Source: an uncultured delta proteobacterium (GTDB lineage Bacteria > Myxococcota > Myxococcia > SLRQ01). Taken from it: 64,000 bases of DNA. The stretch lies in assembly GCA_963727485.1 (NCBI GenBank), contig CAVSGM010000005.1:1-64000 (forward strand), in the 5' to 3' direction. The notes under the pieces are model-generated. The model searched no databases. It saw only the letters and a program-made list of their open reading frames with translations, and had not been told where the DNA came from. Shown piece after piece: positions 52,118 through 62,717 of the stretch. How positions within the stretch are numbered: position 1 is the stretch's first letter; every line of letters starts with the position of its first letter. Position numbers and translations under genes: made by a program.

Positions 52118-52640
52118 GGGGTTGCCCTCGGCGTCCGGGCCGTCCTGGCCGACCGCCGGCTTGCGGTGCACCGAGCCGTGTGCTAGCACCTGGAATCCCT
52201 GTAGGCTTGTGGGCCCACAGTGCACCAGCGGTGCGAATACCCCACGAATCCCAGGGGTTTTGACAAGGAGCGGGGCCGGCCCGGACGGGTCGGACATCTG
52301 CTTCACCCAACGATTTCCATCTTTCCTGGTTTGCGACGGTTCCCGTCGTGTCGACTCATCACCTAAACGGTCTCCGGACGACGTGGTCGGGCCCGGGGCG
52401 GCATCTCCAGATGCCGCCGACCGGGCCCTGCCGCCGCACCGACGCGCCGCCGATCCTGGCAGGCTCCGTTGCGGCGGGCGGGCCCGATCCCGACCCCCCC
52501 GACCGGGGACCGCCCGAACGGTTCACGACAGCCTTCACCTCTGACGCCGGAAGCTCGGCGCCCGGGTGGGCCGTCGCGATACCACCGGGGCACCGCGGCA
52601 CCGCGCTCTCGCGCGGCATGGCCGCTTTGGAGCTTCGGCC

Positions 52641-55203
52641 ATGGCCAACGTTCTGGTCATCAACGCCACCAGTTTCGAGACCCGTGTCGCCCTCGTCGAA
52701 GAGGGGACGATAACCGAGTACTACGTCGAGCGACGCCGCGATAAGGGCATCGTCGGCAACATCTACAAGGGGCGCGTGCTCCGGGTGCTCCCGGGGATGC
52801 AGGCGGCCTTCGTGGATCTCGGGACCGACAAGGCCGGGTTTCTCTACGTCAACGACGTCTACTACGACCCTGCCTTCAGCGAGGAGACCTTCGACCTCTC
52901 CGAGGGCGAGTGGGGCGAGGGACCCGAGCTCTCCCACGAGGCGGCGGCCCACCTCGACGCCGCCTACGAGGGCGGCGCGGACGTGACGCCGGCGCCCGGG
53001 GCCACCGAGGACGACGACGACGACGGCCGAGGCGACGACGCCGACGCCGACGAGGCCGCCGCCGAGGCCGAGGACGCCGACGACGACGCCGACGAGGCCG
53101 CCGCCGACGGACGACGACGACGACGCCGACGAGGCCGCCGCCGAGGACGACGACGACGCCGACGAGGCCGCCGCCGAAGCCGAGGACGACGACGCCGACG
53201 CCGACGAGGCCGCCGCCGAAGCCGAGGACGACGACGACGACGCCGACGAGGCCGCCGCCGAAGCCGAGGACGACGACGACGCCGACGAGGCCGCCGCCGA
53301 AGCCGAGGACGACGACGCCGACGAGGCCGCCGACGAGGCCGAGGACGACGACGACGCCGACGAGGCCGCCGACGAAGCCGAGAACGACGACGCCGACGCC
53401 GAGGACGACGACGAGGCCACGGGGCTCGCCGCCGACACCGCCTCCGACGTCGACACCGAGGCCGACAGCGAGGCCTCCGAGGGTCGCGATCGCCGGGGCC
53501 GTGGACGCCGCGGCCGCGGGCGCGGCCGGGGGCGCGGCAGGGCCGACGCCGGTGACGCCGCCGCCGCGGCCGCCGACGACGAGGGCGCGACCCGGGACGA
53601 CGCCGACCAGGGTGACCGCGATGGCGGCCGCCGGGGTCGCGGCCGGGGCCGCCGGCGCGGCCGGGGCCGCAGCCACGTGCGCTCCACCGACAAGGTCGTC
53701 GACGCCCGCAAGGAGCGCCGCCGGCAGGCCCGCCGGGCCCAGATCCAGGACCTCCTCAAGGAGGGCCAGGAGATCGTGGTCCAGGTCGCCAAGGCGCCCA
53801 TCGGCACCAAGGGCGCCCGGATCACCACCCACATCTCGCTCCCCGGTCGGCACCTGGTGTTCATGCCCACCGTCGACCACGTGGGCATCAGCCGCCGCAT
53901 CGCCTCCGACAAGGAGCGCCGGCGCCTGCGCCAGCTCATCGAGGACAACCGGCCGTCGGGCACCGGCTTCATCGTGCGCACCGTCGCCGACGGCGTCGAC
54001 AAGGAGAAGCTCGTCGCCGACGCCCGGTTCCTGATGAACCTCTGGGCGGACATCAACAAGCGCAAGGAGCGCGTCGGCGCCCCGGCGCTCCTCCACCCCG
54101 ACCTCGACCTCATCCTCCGGGCCACCCGCGACCTCTTCAGCGAGGAGGTCGACAAGCTCGTCATCGACAATCCCGACGCCTACAGCCGGGTGATGGCCTT
54201 CATCGAGGCCCACATGCCGGCCCTCAAGGACAAGGTCGAGCTCTACCGGGGCAAGGAGCCCATCTTCGACGCCTACGGCATCGAGGACGAGATCCGCCGC
54301 GCCCAGGCCCGCAAGGTGTGGCTGAAGAGCGGCGGCTACCTCATCATCGACCAGGCCGAGGCCCTCACCGCCATCGACGTGAACTCGGGCCGGTACATCG
54401 GCAAGAAGGACCTCGAGGAGACGATCACCAAGATCAACATCGAGGCCGCCGAGGAGGTCGTCTACCAGCTTCGCCTGCGGAACCTGGGCGGCATCATCAT
54501 CCTGGACTTCATCGACATGGAGAAGTCCGGAAACCGGGAGAAGGTCTTCCGGGCCCTCGACGAGGCCCTGCGCAAGGACAAGGCGAAGACCAACATCCTC
54601 AAGATCAGCGACCTCGGCCTGGTGGAGATGACCCGCAAGCGGGTCCGCGAGTCCCTGACCCGGATGATGCACGAGGCCTGCCCCTACTGCGACGGCCGGG
54701 GCGTGGTCCGCACCACCACCACCGTGGGCTACGAGGTGCTGCGCGACGTGATGCGAGAGGCGGCCCACCGCCGCGACGACACGGTGCTGGTCAACTGCAA
54801 CCCCGAGGTCGCGGCCCTGCTCACCACCGTGGAGCGGGACGCCCTGCGCTACGTCATGGACCGCACCGGCAAGAAGCTGGTGATCAAGGTCCAGGACAAC
54901 TACCACCGCGAGCAGTACGACCTCTACACCAAGAACACCGGCACCGGGGTCACCGCCGCGGTGGCCACCGGCGGTGACAGTCGCAGCCGGGGCGCCCTGC
55001 CGCCGGGTGCGGCCCTGGCCTCCTCGGGCGGCGGCGGTGGCGGCGGTGGCGGCGGCGGCGGCGGTGGCGATCGATCCGCCTCCGGGCGCCGACGCCGTCG
55101 GCGTCGTGGGCGCGGTCGGCGCGGTGGCGGCGGCGAGGGCGGCGAGGGCGGCGGCAACGAAGGCGCCTCCCAGGCGACCCCGGCCGGCGGCGAGGACGCC
55201 TGA
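52641..55203 (+). CDS. rne: Rne/Rng family ribonuclease with a large acidic/Arg-Gly insertion, with a +1 indel near 53108
   Basis: ETRVAL, GNIYKGRV.RVLPGMQAAFVDLG, VQVAKAPIGTKGARIT, LTAIDVNSG, QLRLRNLGGIIILDFIDM, EMTRKR and CPYCDGRG. Confidence 0.92.
53005..53415 (+). repeat. Imperfect tandem repeats (~30-42 nt units) encoding (AE)DDDDADEAAAE
   Basis: About 10 copies of variants of GACGACGACGCCGACGAGGCCGCCGCCGAAGCCGAG. Confidence 0.9.
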
Positions 55204-55541
55204 TGGGCGTCGGCGGGGGACAGGGTCAGCGCCAGGACGCCCGGGTGACGGTGAACCGCGAGTTCACCTCCCTCGAGGAGTTCATCGCCGAGTACGTCGC
55301 CGACCTCTCGCGGTCCGGGGCCTTCATCCGCACCGAGAACCCCCTGCCCGTGGGCACCCGGGTCTCCCTGCGATTCACCGTCATCCTCGATGAGCTCGAG
55401 ACCATCGAGGGCGCGGGCGAGGTGGTGCGCACCGTGGCCCCGGGCGCCGACCACCCGGCGGGGATGGGTGTGGTCTTCACCCAGCTCACCCGCGTCAGCC
55501 AGGAGCTCATCGAGCACCTGATGACCCGGCGACCCGCCTGA
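55203..55541 (+). CDS. PilZ-domain protein (myxobacterial TIGR02266-like)
   Basis: QRQDARV (RxxxR), DLSRSGAFI (DxSxxG) and GMGVVF. Confidence 0.88.
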   Translation: MGVGGGQGQRQDARVTVNREFTSLEEFIAEYVADLSRSGAFIRTENPLPVGTRVSLRFTVILDELETIEGAGEVVRTVAPGADHPAGMGVVFTQLTRVSQELIEHLMTRRPA

Positions 55542-55616
55542 GGCGCCCGGTGGGGACGGCCACGCCCACGCGCCTCGAAATTGTCCCGGTGCGCAGGTCG
55601 TCCTAGGATCCGGGCG

Positions 55617-57012
55617 ATGGCGGGACCATCCCTGACCGACCGCGCCCGGGCCACCTTCGGCCGGTTGCGCGAGTTCTTCACCCACGGCCTCTGGGAGCGG
55701 GACTTCTCCCAGCAGCAAGGGGTGCAGTGGTTCCTGGTGCGCCAGCTCCAGGTGCTGGTGCTGGTGGCCAAGGGCATGCGCGAGGACGCCGTCCAGCTCC
55801 GGGCGGCCTTCCTCTCGATGATCACCCTCCTGTCGATCATCCCCTTCCTGGCGGTGATCTTCTCGGTGTTCACCGCCGCCGGCGGCCTCGGTGACCTGCG
55901 CCAGGCCCTCCAGACCTTCATCTACGACAACATCGCCGTGGGCTCGGAGTCCGAGCTGGTCCACTGGATCGACCGGCTGGTGAGCCAGGTGAACAGCGGG
56001 ACCCTCGGGGGCATCGGCTGCGGTGATCCTGGTCTTCGCCTCGGTGCGCCTGGTCGCTGCCATCGAGGTGACCTTCAACCGCATCTGGGGCGTGCGGCGC
56101 TCCCGGTCCCTGGTGGCGCGCTTCGTCGTCTACTGGACCCTGCTCACCCTGGGCCCGCTGGTCCTCGCGGCGAGCCTCGCCGGCTCGGCCGCCCTCCGGG
56201 GCTGGCTCGGCGCCGGCGCCCTCCCGGGTCTGGTCGTGGTGTTCCGGGTGGTGCCCGTGATCTTCACCGTCGGGGCCTTCATCCTGCTCTACATGGTGAT
56301 CCCGGGCACCGACGTGAAGCTGCGCCACGCCCTCGTCGGCGGGACCGTCGCCGGGCTGCTCTTCGAGGTGGCCAAGCTCACCTACGCCTTCGTCGCCGGG
56401 AACCTGCTTCACTACAACCTGCTCTACGGCTCCCTGGGCGCCATCCCCATCTTCATGCTCTGGGTGTACATCGCCTGGCTGATCGTGCTCTTCGGCTGCG
56501 AGATCACCTTCGCCAACCAGAACGTGAGCACCCTGCGCCACGAGGAGCGGGCCCTGGAGGCGAGCGAGTACTTCCGCGAGCGCCTCGCCGCGCGGCTGAT
56601 GCTCGACGTGGCCCTGGCCTTCCACCGGGGGGACGCGCCGCCGACCGCCGCGGCCCTGAGCCAGGGGACCCAGGTCTCGGTGCGCCTGGTCAACGAGGTG
56701 CTCCGGAACCTCGCCGCCGCCGACCTGGTCCGGGAGGCGAGCCAGGAGGGCTCCAAGGACCCGGGCTTCCTGCCCGCCCGGCTCCTCTCCCAGGTGACCG
56801 TCGCCGACGTGGTCCAGGCCCTCCGGGCCCAGCGGGGGGTGGACCTGGAGCTCGCCGACGACGGGCGGGGCCGGGAGATCGCCCAGATCCTCGGCGAGGG
56901 CGAGGTCGCCGCCGCCGCGATCCACGGGCGCGTCGACTACCTCACCCTGGCCGAGCATCTCCTCCCCGGGGGCCGGCGCAGCGGTGCGGCCGAGGAGCGT
57001 CTCCCCAGCTGA
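55617..57012 (+). CDS. YihY/BrkB family membrane protein with a C-terminal Rrf2-like HTH, with a +1 indel near 56019
   Basis: RAAFLSMITLLSIIP, IEVTFNRIWGV, YWTLLTLGP, LYGSLGAIPIFMLWVYIAWLIVLFG and PAR....TV.DVV. Confidence 0.88.
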
Positions 57013-57157
57013 CGGGGCCGCCGTGGCCGGAATCCGGACAAATCGCTTGCAATTCTAGGCGCTTCACGGCTACTGTCCCCAGAGAGCAGGCGCCTCCTTC
57101 CGGTCGGCCTACCGGTCGGACGGGGCGCCCCTGGAGAGAGCGCCGGGAGAGACAAGC

Positions 57158-57571
57158 ATGCTCAAGTCGGACCTGGTTCACGTCCTCGTAGAGCGGCGCG
57201 GCATCACCCAGAAGCAGGCCGAGCTCGCCGTGGAGACGATCTTCGAGGCCATGCGCGATGCGCTGTGCCAGGGCGAGAACATCGAGATCCGCGGCTACGG
57301 TGCCTTCCACGTCAAGCACTACAAGGGCTACCAGGGGCGCAACCCCAAGACCGGCGAGGTGATCCCGGTCCAGCCCAAGCGTGGCATCCTCTTTCGGACC
57401 GGCAAGGAGCTCCGGGAGCGGATCAACAGCATCTATGACGTCGTCCCTCCGGCGACGGCGAGCGGCTTCGGCGGGGGCGGCGGTGGCGGGAGCCAGGCCG
57501 TGTCCGGCGAGGCCGGCGACGACGAGGGCGGGGCCGTGGCGGCCGCCGGCCTCGGCGGCGACGATCTCTAG
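57158..57571 (+). CDS. ihfB: Integration host factor beta / HU family DNA-binding protein with a Gly/acidic tail
   Basis: MLKSDLV, IEIRGYGAF, GRNPKTGE and FRTGKELRERIN. Confidence 0.88.
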   Translation: MLKSDLVHVLVERRGITQKQAELAVETIFEAMRDALCQGENIEIRGYGAFHVKHYKGYQGRNPKTGEVIPVQPKRGILFRTGKELRERINSIYDVVPPATASGFGGGGGGGSQAVSGEAGDDEGGAVAAAGLGGDDL

Positions 57572-57586
57572 GCGCCGGTCCGGCCC

Positions 57587-59654
57587 CTAGGCCACGACCC
57601 CCAGGGCCACGGGATCCAGCCCCTCGAGGGCCAGCCGCCCCAGGGGCCGGGTGGGCAGCGCCGGGGGCAGCTCCTGGTAGGCCAGGACCGTCGACCGCGG
57701 CCGTACCCGCCCGGCGAGGCGCCAGAGGTGGGCCCGGAGGTCCGCCGGCGCCAGGAGCACCGGCGGCGGGTCCCCCTCGAGCTGTCGGTCGAGGGCGTCG
57801 AGGAGCCGGGCCTGGTGGTCCGGGGACAGGGCCAGGGCCGGCCCGTCCGGGGTCTCGACCCGGGCCTCGCGCATCAGGTCCTCGACCAGCGGGTCCAGGA
57901 GGATCACCGGGAGGGCCCCGTCCCGGAGGTGGGGGTGGACCAGGTGGGCCGCCAGCCCCCGGCGGGCCCGGGCCACCAGCCGGTCCACCGCCCCCTCGCC
58001 CTCGGCGGCGCCCTCGGGGAGGGTGGCGAGGGCCTCGAGGGGGCGCTCGAGCCAGCGCAGGGACACCCCCTCCTCGACCAGGCGCCGGAGGACCTCACAG
58101 AGCAGGGGCGCCGGCACCCGGCGGGTCACCTCCCGGACCACCGCCGGCGACCGGGCCTCGAGGCGATCGAGGAGGGCCTGGGTCACCTGGAGGGTGAGCA
58201 GCTCGTGGAGGTGGGTCCCGAGGGCCTCGCCCACGACCTCCGCCGCGGCGTCGGCGGGATCCCGCACCGGGAGGCCCGCGGCCTCGGCGGCGGCGACCCC
58301 CGCCGGGTCGAGGCCCAGGGCCCGCCGCGCCCCGAGGGCCACCGGGAGCCCGGCGAGGCCCAGGAGGGTGGCCTCCTCGGGATTGAGGTCGGCGAGGGGG
58401 CCGGTGGGCAGGGTCCCGGTGGCGACGGGGAGCTCGTTGACCAGGAGCCGGAAGGCGCTGCCGGCCACGGCGCCCGGGCGGAGCCGGAACCCGGGGATGG
58501 GCACCCCGTGGACCTCGGCGAGGTGGGCCCGGAGCGCCGGGAGCCTTGCGCCGACCAGGGCCTCGAGGGTCTCCGGCGCCACCGCGTCGCCGAGCTCGAG
58601 GACCAGGGGCGCGGGCCCCGGCGCCTCGCCCTCGGCGCCGGCGTCGGCGTCGGGGTCCGGCGCCGCGGCGTCCTCGTCGGGGCCGGGAGCGGCGGCCGGT
58701 GGGTGCCGGTGGCGCCAGAATCGCGGCGCTCGCGGCGGCGGTGGCGAGGAGGGCGAAGGGCGGCAGGGGCAGCCCGGGCACCGCGCCCAGGACCGCCAGG
58801 AGCACCGCCACCACCGCGAGGGGCCGGGGCCGGGCGAAGAGCTGGGCCACCACGTCCCCGGCGAGGCCCCCGTCGCCGCCCTGGACCCGGGTCACCAGGA
58901 GCCCGGCGGAGATGGCGGTGAGCAGGGCCGGCACCTGGGAGACCAGCCCGTCGCCGATGGAGAGCAGGGTGTAGGTGGACAGGGCGTGGGCGACGGTCAT
59001 CCCCTGGAGCACCGGGCCGGCGACGAGCCCGCCGAGGACGTTGACCCCGGTGATCACCAGGCCGGCGATGGCGTCGCCCTTCACGAACTTCATGGCTCCG
59101 TCGAGGGCCCCGTAGAACTGGCTCTCGCGCTCCAGGGCCCGGCGCCGGGCCCGGCCCTCGGACTGGGAGCAGGCCCCGGCGCGGATGTCGGCGTCGATGG
59201 AGAGCTGCTTGCCCGGGAGGGCGTCGAGGGTGAAGCGGGCCGCGACCTCGGCCACGCGCTCGGCGCCCTTGGCGACCACCAGGAACTGGATCACGGTGAG
59301 GATGAGGAAGACCACCGCGCCCACCAGGTAGCTGCCCTGGACCACGAAGCGGCCGAAGGCGGTGATCACCTCGCCGGCGGTGGCGGTGCCGAGGATGAGC
59401 CGGGTGCTGCTCACGTTGAGGGCGAGGCGGAAGAGGGTGGCGATGAGCACCAGGGTGGGGAAGCTGGAGAGGGCCAGGGGCGTCTCGGCGAAGAGGGCGC
59501 TCACCAGGAGGGTGAGGGTGAGGGCGATGTTGGTCACCAGGAGCACGTCGAGGAGCCACGGGGGGAGGGGCACCAGGAGGGTGGCGACGATGGCGACCAC
59601 GAAGCCGGCGAGGAGCAGGTCGGGGTGGCGGCCGAGGGCGGCGAGTCGGCTCAT
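57587..59654 (-). CDS. sctV: T3SS export gate SctV/FlhA (FHIPEP family), with an indel near 58700
   Basis: FPTLVLIATLFRLALNVSSTRLIL, VAKGAERVAEVAARFTLDALPGKQLSIDAD, FYGALDGAMKFVKGDAIAG, LRRLVEEGVS and VLAYQEL. Confidence 0.92.
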
Positions 59655-60697
59655 GGCAGGGGTCTCCGGTCCGGGCCCCGGTGGGCCGCGTGGTGGACGG
59701 CGGTGAGGACGGCGGCGACGGCAGCGTAGAGGGCCTCGGGGACCTCGGCGCCCGGGTCCAGGGCCACCAGGGCCCGGGCCAGGGGCACGTCCCGGACGAG
59801 CGGGATGCAAAGGCGCCGGGCCCGGGCGCGGATCCCGGCGGCGGTGGCGCCGGTGCCCCGGTCGCCGACCACGGGGGCGTCGAGGTCGTCGTCGAAGTGG
59901 AGGGCCACGGCGACGTGGGTGGGGTTGACGACGACCACCGCCGCCTGGCGCAGGGGTCGCACCGGGCCGGCGAGGGCGGCGCGGTGGGCCCGGCGGCGCT
60001 CGGCCTTGTGGGCCGGGTCGCCCTCCTCGCGCTTGTGCTCCTCGCGGACCTCCTGGCGGGTCATGCGCAGCTGCCGGAGGTGGCGGCGCCGGGCGAGGGC
60101 GAGGTCCACGATCCCCAGGGCCACAAGCGCGCCGCCACTGGCGGCGACCACGGTGGCGGCGAGGTGGAGGAGCAGCGCCGCGGCGGCGGGGACGCCGAGG
60201 CGGGGCAGGGCGAGGAGCCACCCGAGGCGCGGGCGGCAGGTGGCCCGCACCACGAGGGCCACCACCCCGAGGGCGGCGGCGGTCTTGGGGACGATGCCCA
60301 GGCGCTGGAAGCCGAGCAGGCGCCTCACCCCCTTCGCCGGGTGGAGGCGCGCCGGGTCCGGGCGCAGGGCCTCGGTGGCGACGACCGGGCCGGTCTGGGC
60401 CAGGCTCACGGCGACCCCCACGGCGGCGAGGAGGGCCACGGGGGGGCCGGCGACCCGCAGCGCCGCCTCCAAGGCGAGGGTGAGGGCGCCGGCGAGGCTC
60501 GGGGCCCGGTCGGCGAGGAGGACGGCGGCGAGGGTGCGCAGCGCCCGGGCGGCCCCGGGGGCGAGGGCCAGGGCCCCGAGGCCCCCGGCGAGGAGCACCC
60601 CCGCCGAGGTGAGGTCGGCGCTCCGGGCGACCTCGCCCCGGCGGCGGGCCTCCTGGAGGCGCCTCGGGGTCGGCGGCTCGGTGCGCTCGCCGCTCAC
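59651..60697 (-). CDS. sctU: T3SS export switch protein SctU/FlhB
   Basis: ERTEPPTPRRLQEARRRGEV, LRMTRQEVREEHKREEGDP, the NPTH autocleavage motif and PLARAL. Confidence 0.95.
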   Translation of the reverse strand: MSGERTEPPTPRRLQEARRRGEVARSADLTSAGVLLAGGLGALALAPGAARALRTLAAVLLADRAPSLAGALTLALEAALRVAGPPVALLAAVGVAVSLAQTGPVVATEALRPDPARLHPAKGVRRLLGFQRLGIVPKTAAALGVVALVVRATCRPRLGWLLALPRLGVPAAAALLLHLAATVVAASGGALVALGIVDLALARRRHLRQLRMTRQEVREEHKREEGDPAHKAERRRAHRAALAGPVRPLRQAAVVVVNPTHVAVALHFDDDLDAPVVGDRGTGATAAGIRARARRLCIPLVRDVPLARALVALDPGAEVPEALYAAVAAVLTAVHHAAHRGPDRRPLP

Positions 60698-61503
60698 CTC
60701 GGGGCTCCGGCGGCGAGGTGGGCGAGGTGGACGAGGCCCGAGGGCACCCCCGCGGCGTCCCCGGCGAGGCGGCCGAGGAGCACCGCGGCGCCGAGGGCCA
60801 CGGCGCCCAGGCCCAGGGCGGCCTTCACCGGGAGCCCCAGGAAGAAGAGGGGGAGCTGGGGGGCGATGCGCCCGACGACCCCGAGGGCCAGATCGGTGAC
60901 CACCGCGGCGATGGCCGCCGGCGCCGCGAGGGCCACCGCGCAGGCGACGAGGCCGGCGGTGGTGTCGACCAGGGACGCGCCGAGCCCCGAGGCGGCGCCG
61001 GCGACCCAGGGGGCCCCGGGCGGCAGCACCCGGAAGCTCCGGGCGAGGGCCCCGAGGAGCAGCCGGTTGCCCCCGGCGGCGGTCACCGTCACCAGGAGGC
61101 CGAGGTAGAGGAGCTCGCCCAGGGGCGAGGCGGACGTCCCGGCGGTGGGCACCAGGGCCTGGGTGAGGGAGGCGCCGCGGACCACGTCGATCACGTGGCC
61201 CCCGGCCCGGGCGGCCTCGAAGGGGATCGCCGCCAGAAGCCCCAGCCCCACCCCCAGCGCCGCCTCCCGGGCGAGGGCGGCGACCAGGGCGACCCCCGCC
61301 GGGGCGACCACCCCGCCCCCGCCGGCGACGAGGACCGAGAGGCCCAGGGCGATCCCCAGGCGGATGGGCGCGGGCACCAGGCGCCCGCCGAAGCTCGGCG
61401 CCAGGTAGAGCACCGGCCCCAGGCGCGCCACGGCCAGGGCCACCGGCGCCGCCTGGTGTCCGGCGCCCTCGAGGAGCGCGGCGAGGCCGACGTCGCCCAT
61501 CAC
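60694..61503 (-). CDS. sctT: T3SS export apparatus SctT/FliR
   Basis: Polytopic; P.FG...VP..IR, AGGHVID..RG and DLALGVVGRIAPQLPLFFLGLPVK. Confidence 0.9.
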   Translation of the reverse strand: MMGDVGLAALLEGAGHQAAPVALAVARLGPVLYLAPSFGGRLVPAPIRLGIALGLSVLVAGGGGVVAPAGVALVAALAREAALGVGLGLLAAIPFEAARAGGHVIDVVRGASLTQALVPTAGTSASPLGELLYLGLLVTVTAAGGNRLLLGALARSFRVLPPGAPWVAGAASGLGASLVDTTAGLVACAVALAAPAAIAAVVTDLALGVVGRIAPQLPLFFLGLPVKAALGLGAVALGAAVLLGRLAGDAAGVPSGLVHLAHLAAGAPR

Positions 61504-61763
61504 AGGCGCCCCGAGACCTGGAGGATCCGGGCGGCGAACCGGGCCACCTGCCCGAAGGCCCAGGGGCCGGCGAGGCCCAGGGCGAGGAACACGGCGACGA
61601 GGCGCACCGCGAGCGACAGGGCCTGGTCCTGGACCTGGGTCACCGCCTGGAGCACCCCGATGACGAGGCCCACCACCAGGGCGGCGAGGACCGGCGGGGC
61701 CACGACGATCACCACCAGGAGCAGGGCCTCGCGGACGAGGGGCAGGATGAGGTCGGCGGGCAC
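61500..61763 (-). CDS. sctS: T3SS export apparatus SctS/FliQ
   Basis: ALVVGLVIGVLQAVTQVQDQALS. Confidence 0.92.
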   Translation of the reverse strand: MPADLILPLVREALLLVVIVVAPPVLAALVVGLVIGVLQAVTQVQDQALSLAVRLVAVFLALGLAGPWAFGQVARFAARILQVSGRL

Positions 61764-61767
61764 CCGG

Positions 61768-62463
61768 TCACCTCGGGAGGTAGCCGCGGAGGAGCGCCTC
61801 GGCGAGGAGGTGCCAGCCGTCGACGGCGACGAAGAGGAGGAGCTTGAAGGGCAGGGAGACGGTGGTCGGCGAGAGCATGTGCATGCCCAGGGCGAGGAGG
61901 ATGGTGCTGACCACCAGGTCCACGACCAGGAACGGCAGGAACACCAGAAAGCCCATGCGGAAGGCGTCCCGGAGCTCCCCGACCACGAAGGCCGGCATGG
62001 CCACCAGGAGGTCGTCGTCGCCGATGGACGCCGCCTGGGCCGGCGGCCGGAGCCCCCGGGCGAGGTCCCGGAAGGCCCGGCGGTCGGCGGGGTCGGAGTG
62101 GGCCACCAGGAACCCGCGCACCGGCCCGGCGGCGGCGCGGGTGCCGGCGAGGACCCCGGCGACCTCGTCGCCACGGACCGGCCGGTCGTGGGCCTGGAAG
62201 GCGTCGAGGGCGGCCTGGCCCACCGGCGCCATCACCTGGAGCGAGAGGATCAGGGCCAGGCCGGTGATCACCGGGGTGGGCGGGAGCTGCTGGGTCCCCA
62301 GGGCGCTCCGGGCGATGGAGAGGACCACGGCGAACTTCACGAAGGAGGTCAGGGTGAGGGCGGCGAAGGGCAGGAGGCTCACCGCGGCGAGGACCAGGAC
62401 CCAGATCACCGGCGAGGCGGCGAGGCCCCCGTGGGCGAGGTGGAGGGGGGCGGCGAGGAGCAT
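61768..62463 (-). CDS. sctR: T3SS export apparatus SctR/FliP (short, no signal peptide)
   Basis: TSFVKFAVVLSIARSALGTQQLPP, PAFVVGEL..AF.MGF..FLPFLVVDLVV and SLPFKLLLFVAVDGW. Confidence 0.95.
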   Translation of the reverse strand: MLLAAPLHLAHGGLAASPVIWVLVLAAVSLLPFAALTLTSFVKFAVVLSIARSALGTQQLPPTPVITGLALILSLQVMAPVGQAALDAFQAHDRPVRGDEVAGVLAGTRAAAGPVRGFLVAHSDPADRRAFRDLARGLRPPAQAASIGDDDLLVAMPAFVVGELRDAFRMGFLVFLPFLVVDLVVSTILLALGMHMLSPTTVSLPFKLLLFVAVDGWHLLAEALLRGYLPR

Positions 62464-62717
62464 CACCGGGCCTCCGGGATCGGAGCGGCGCCGGGCTCGG
62501 ACCCGAGGCGCGCGAGGAGCGCCGGCGGGCCCTCGCCGTAACCCACCAGGAGCCGTCGCCCCTCGACCTCCACCAGGGCGAGGCCGGCCTTCTGGGTGAG
62601 CCCGGCGCGGGCGACCAGGCGCAGGGCCGGGGGCGTCGCGAAGGGACCCCGGCGGTGGCGCACCCAGGCGAGGGCGCCGAGGGCCGCCGCGGCGGAGAGG
62701 ACGAGGAGGCCGGTCAT
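62463..62717 (-). CDS. fliO: FliO-like small membrane protein
   Basis: One TM helix, then LRLVARAGLTQKAGLALVEVEGRRLLVG. Lies directly upstream of sctR/fliP. Confidence 0.75.
   Translation of the reverse strand: MTGLLVLSAAAALGALAWVRHRRGPFATPPALRLVARAGLTQKAGLALVEVEGRRLLVGYGEGPPALLARLGSEPGAAPIPEAR

Noticed and set aside
53095..53125. Programmed frameshifting in rne and the other broken genes
   Set aside because: No consistent slippery heptamer or stimulatory structure was seen, and breaks are scattered over unrelated genes, which fits sequencing error better.
53005..53415. Regularly spaced repeats as a possible CRISPR array
   Set aside because: There are no unique spacers, units are codon-multiple variants within rne coding sequence, and no cas genes are present.
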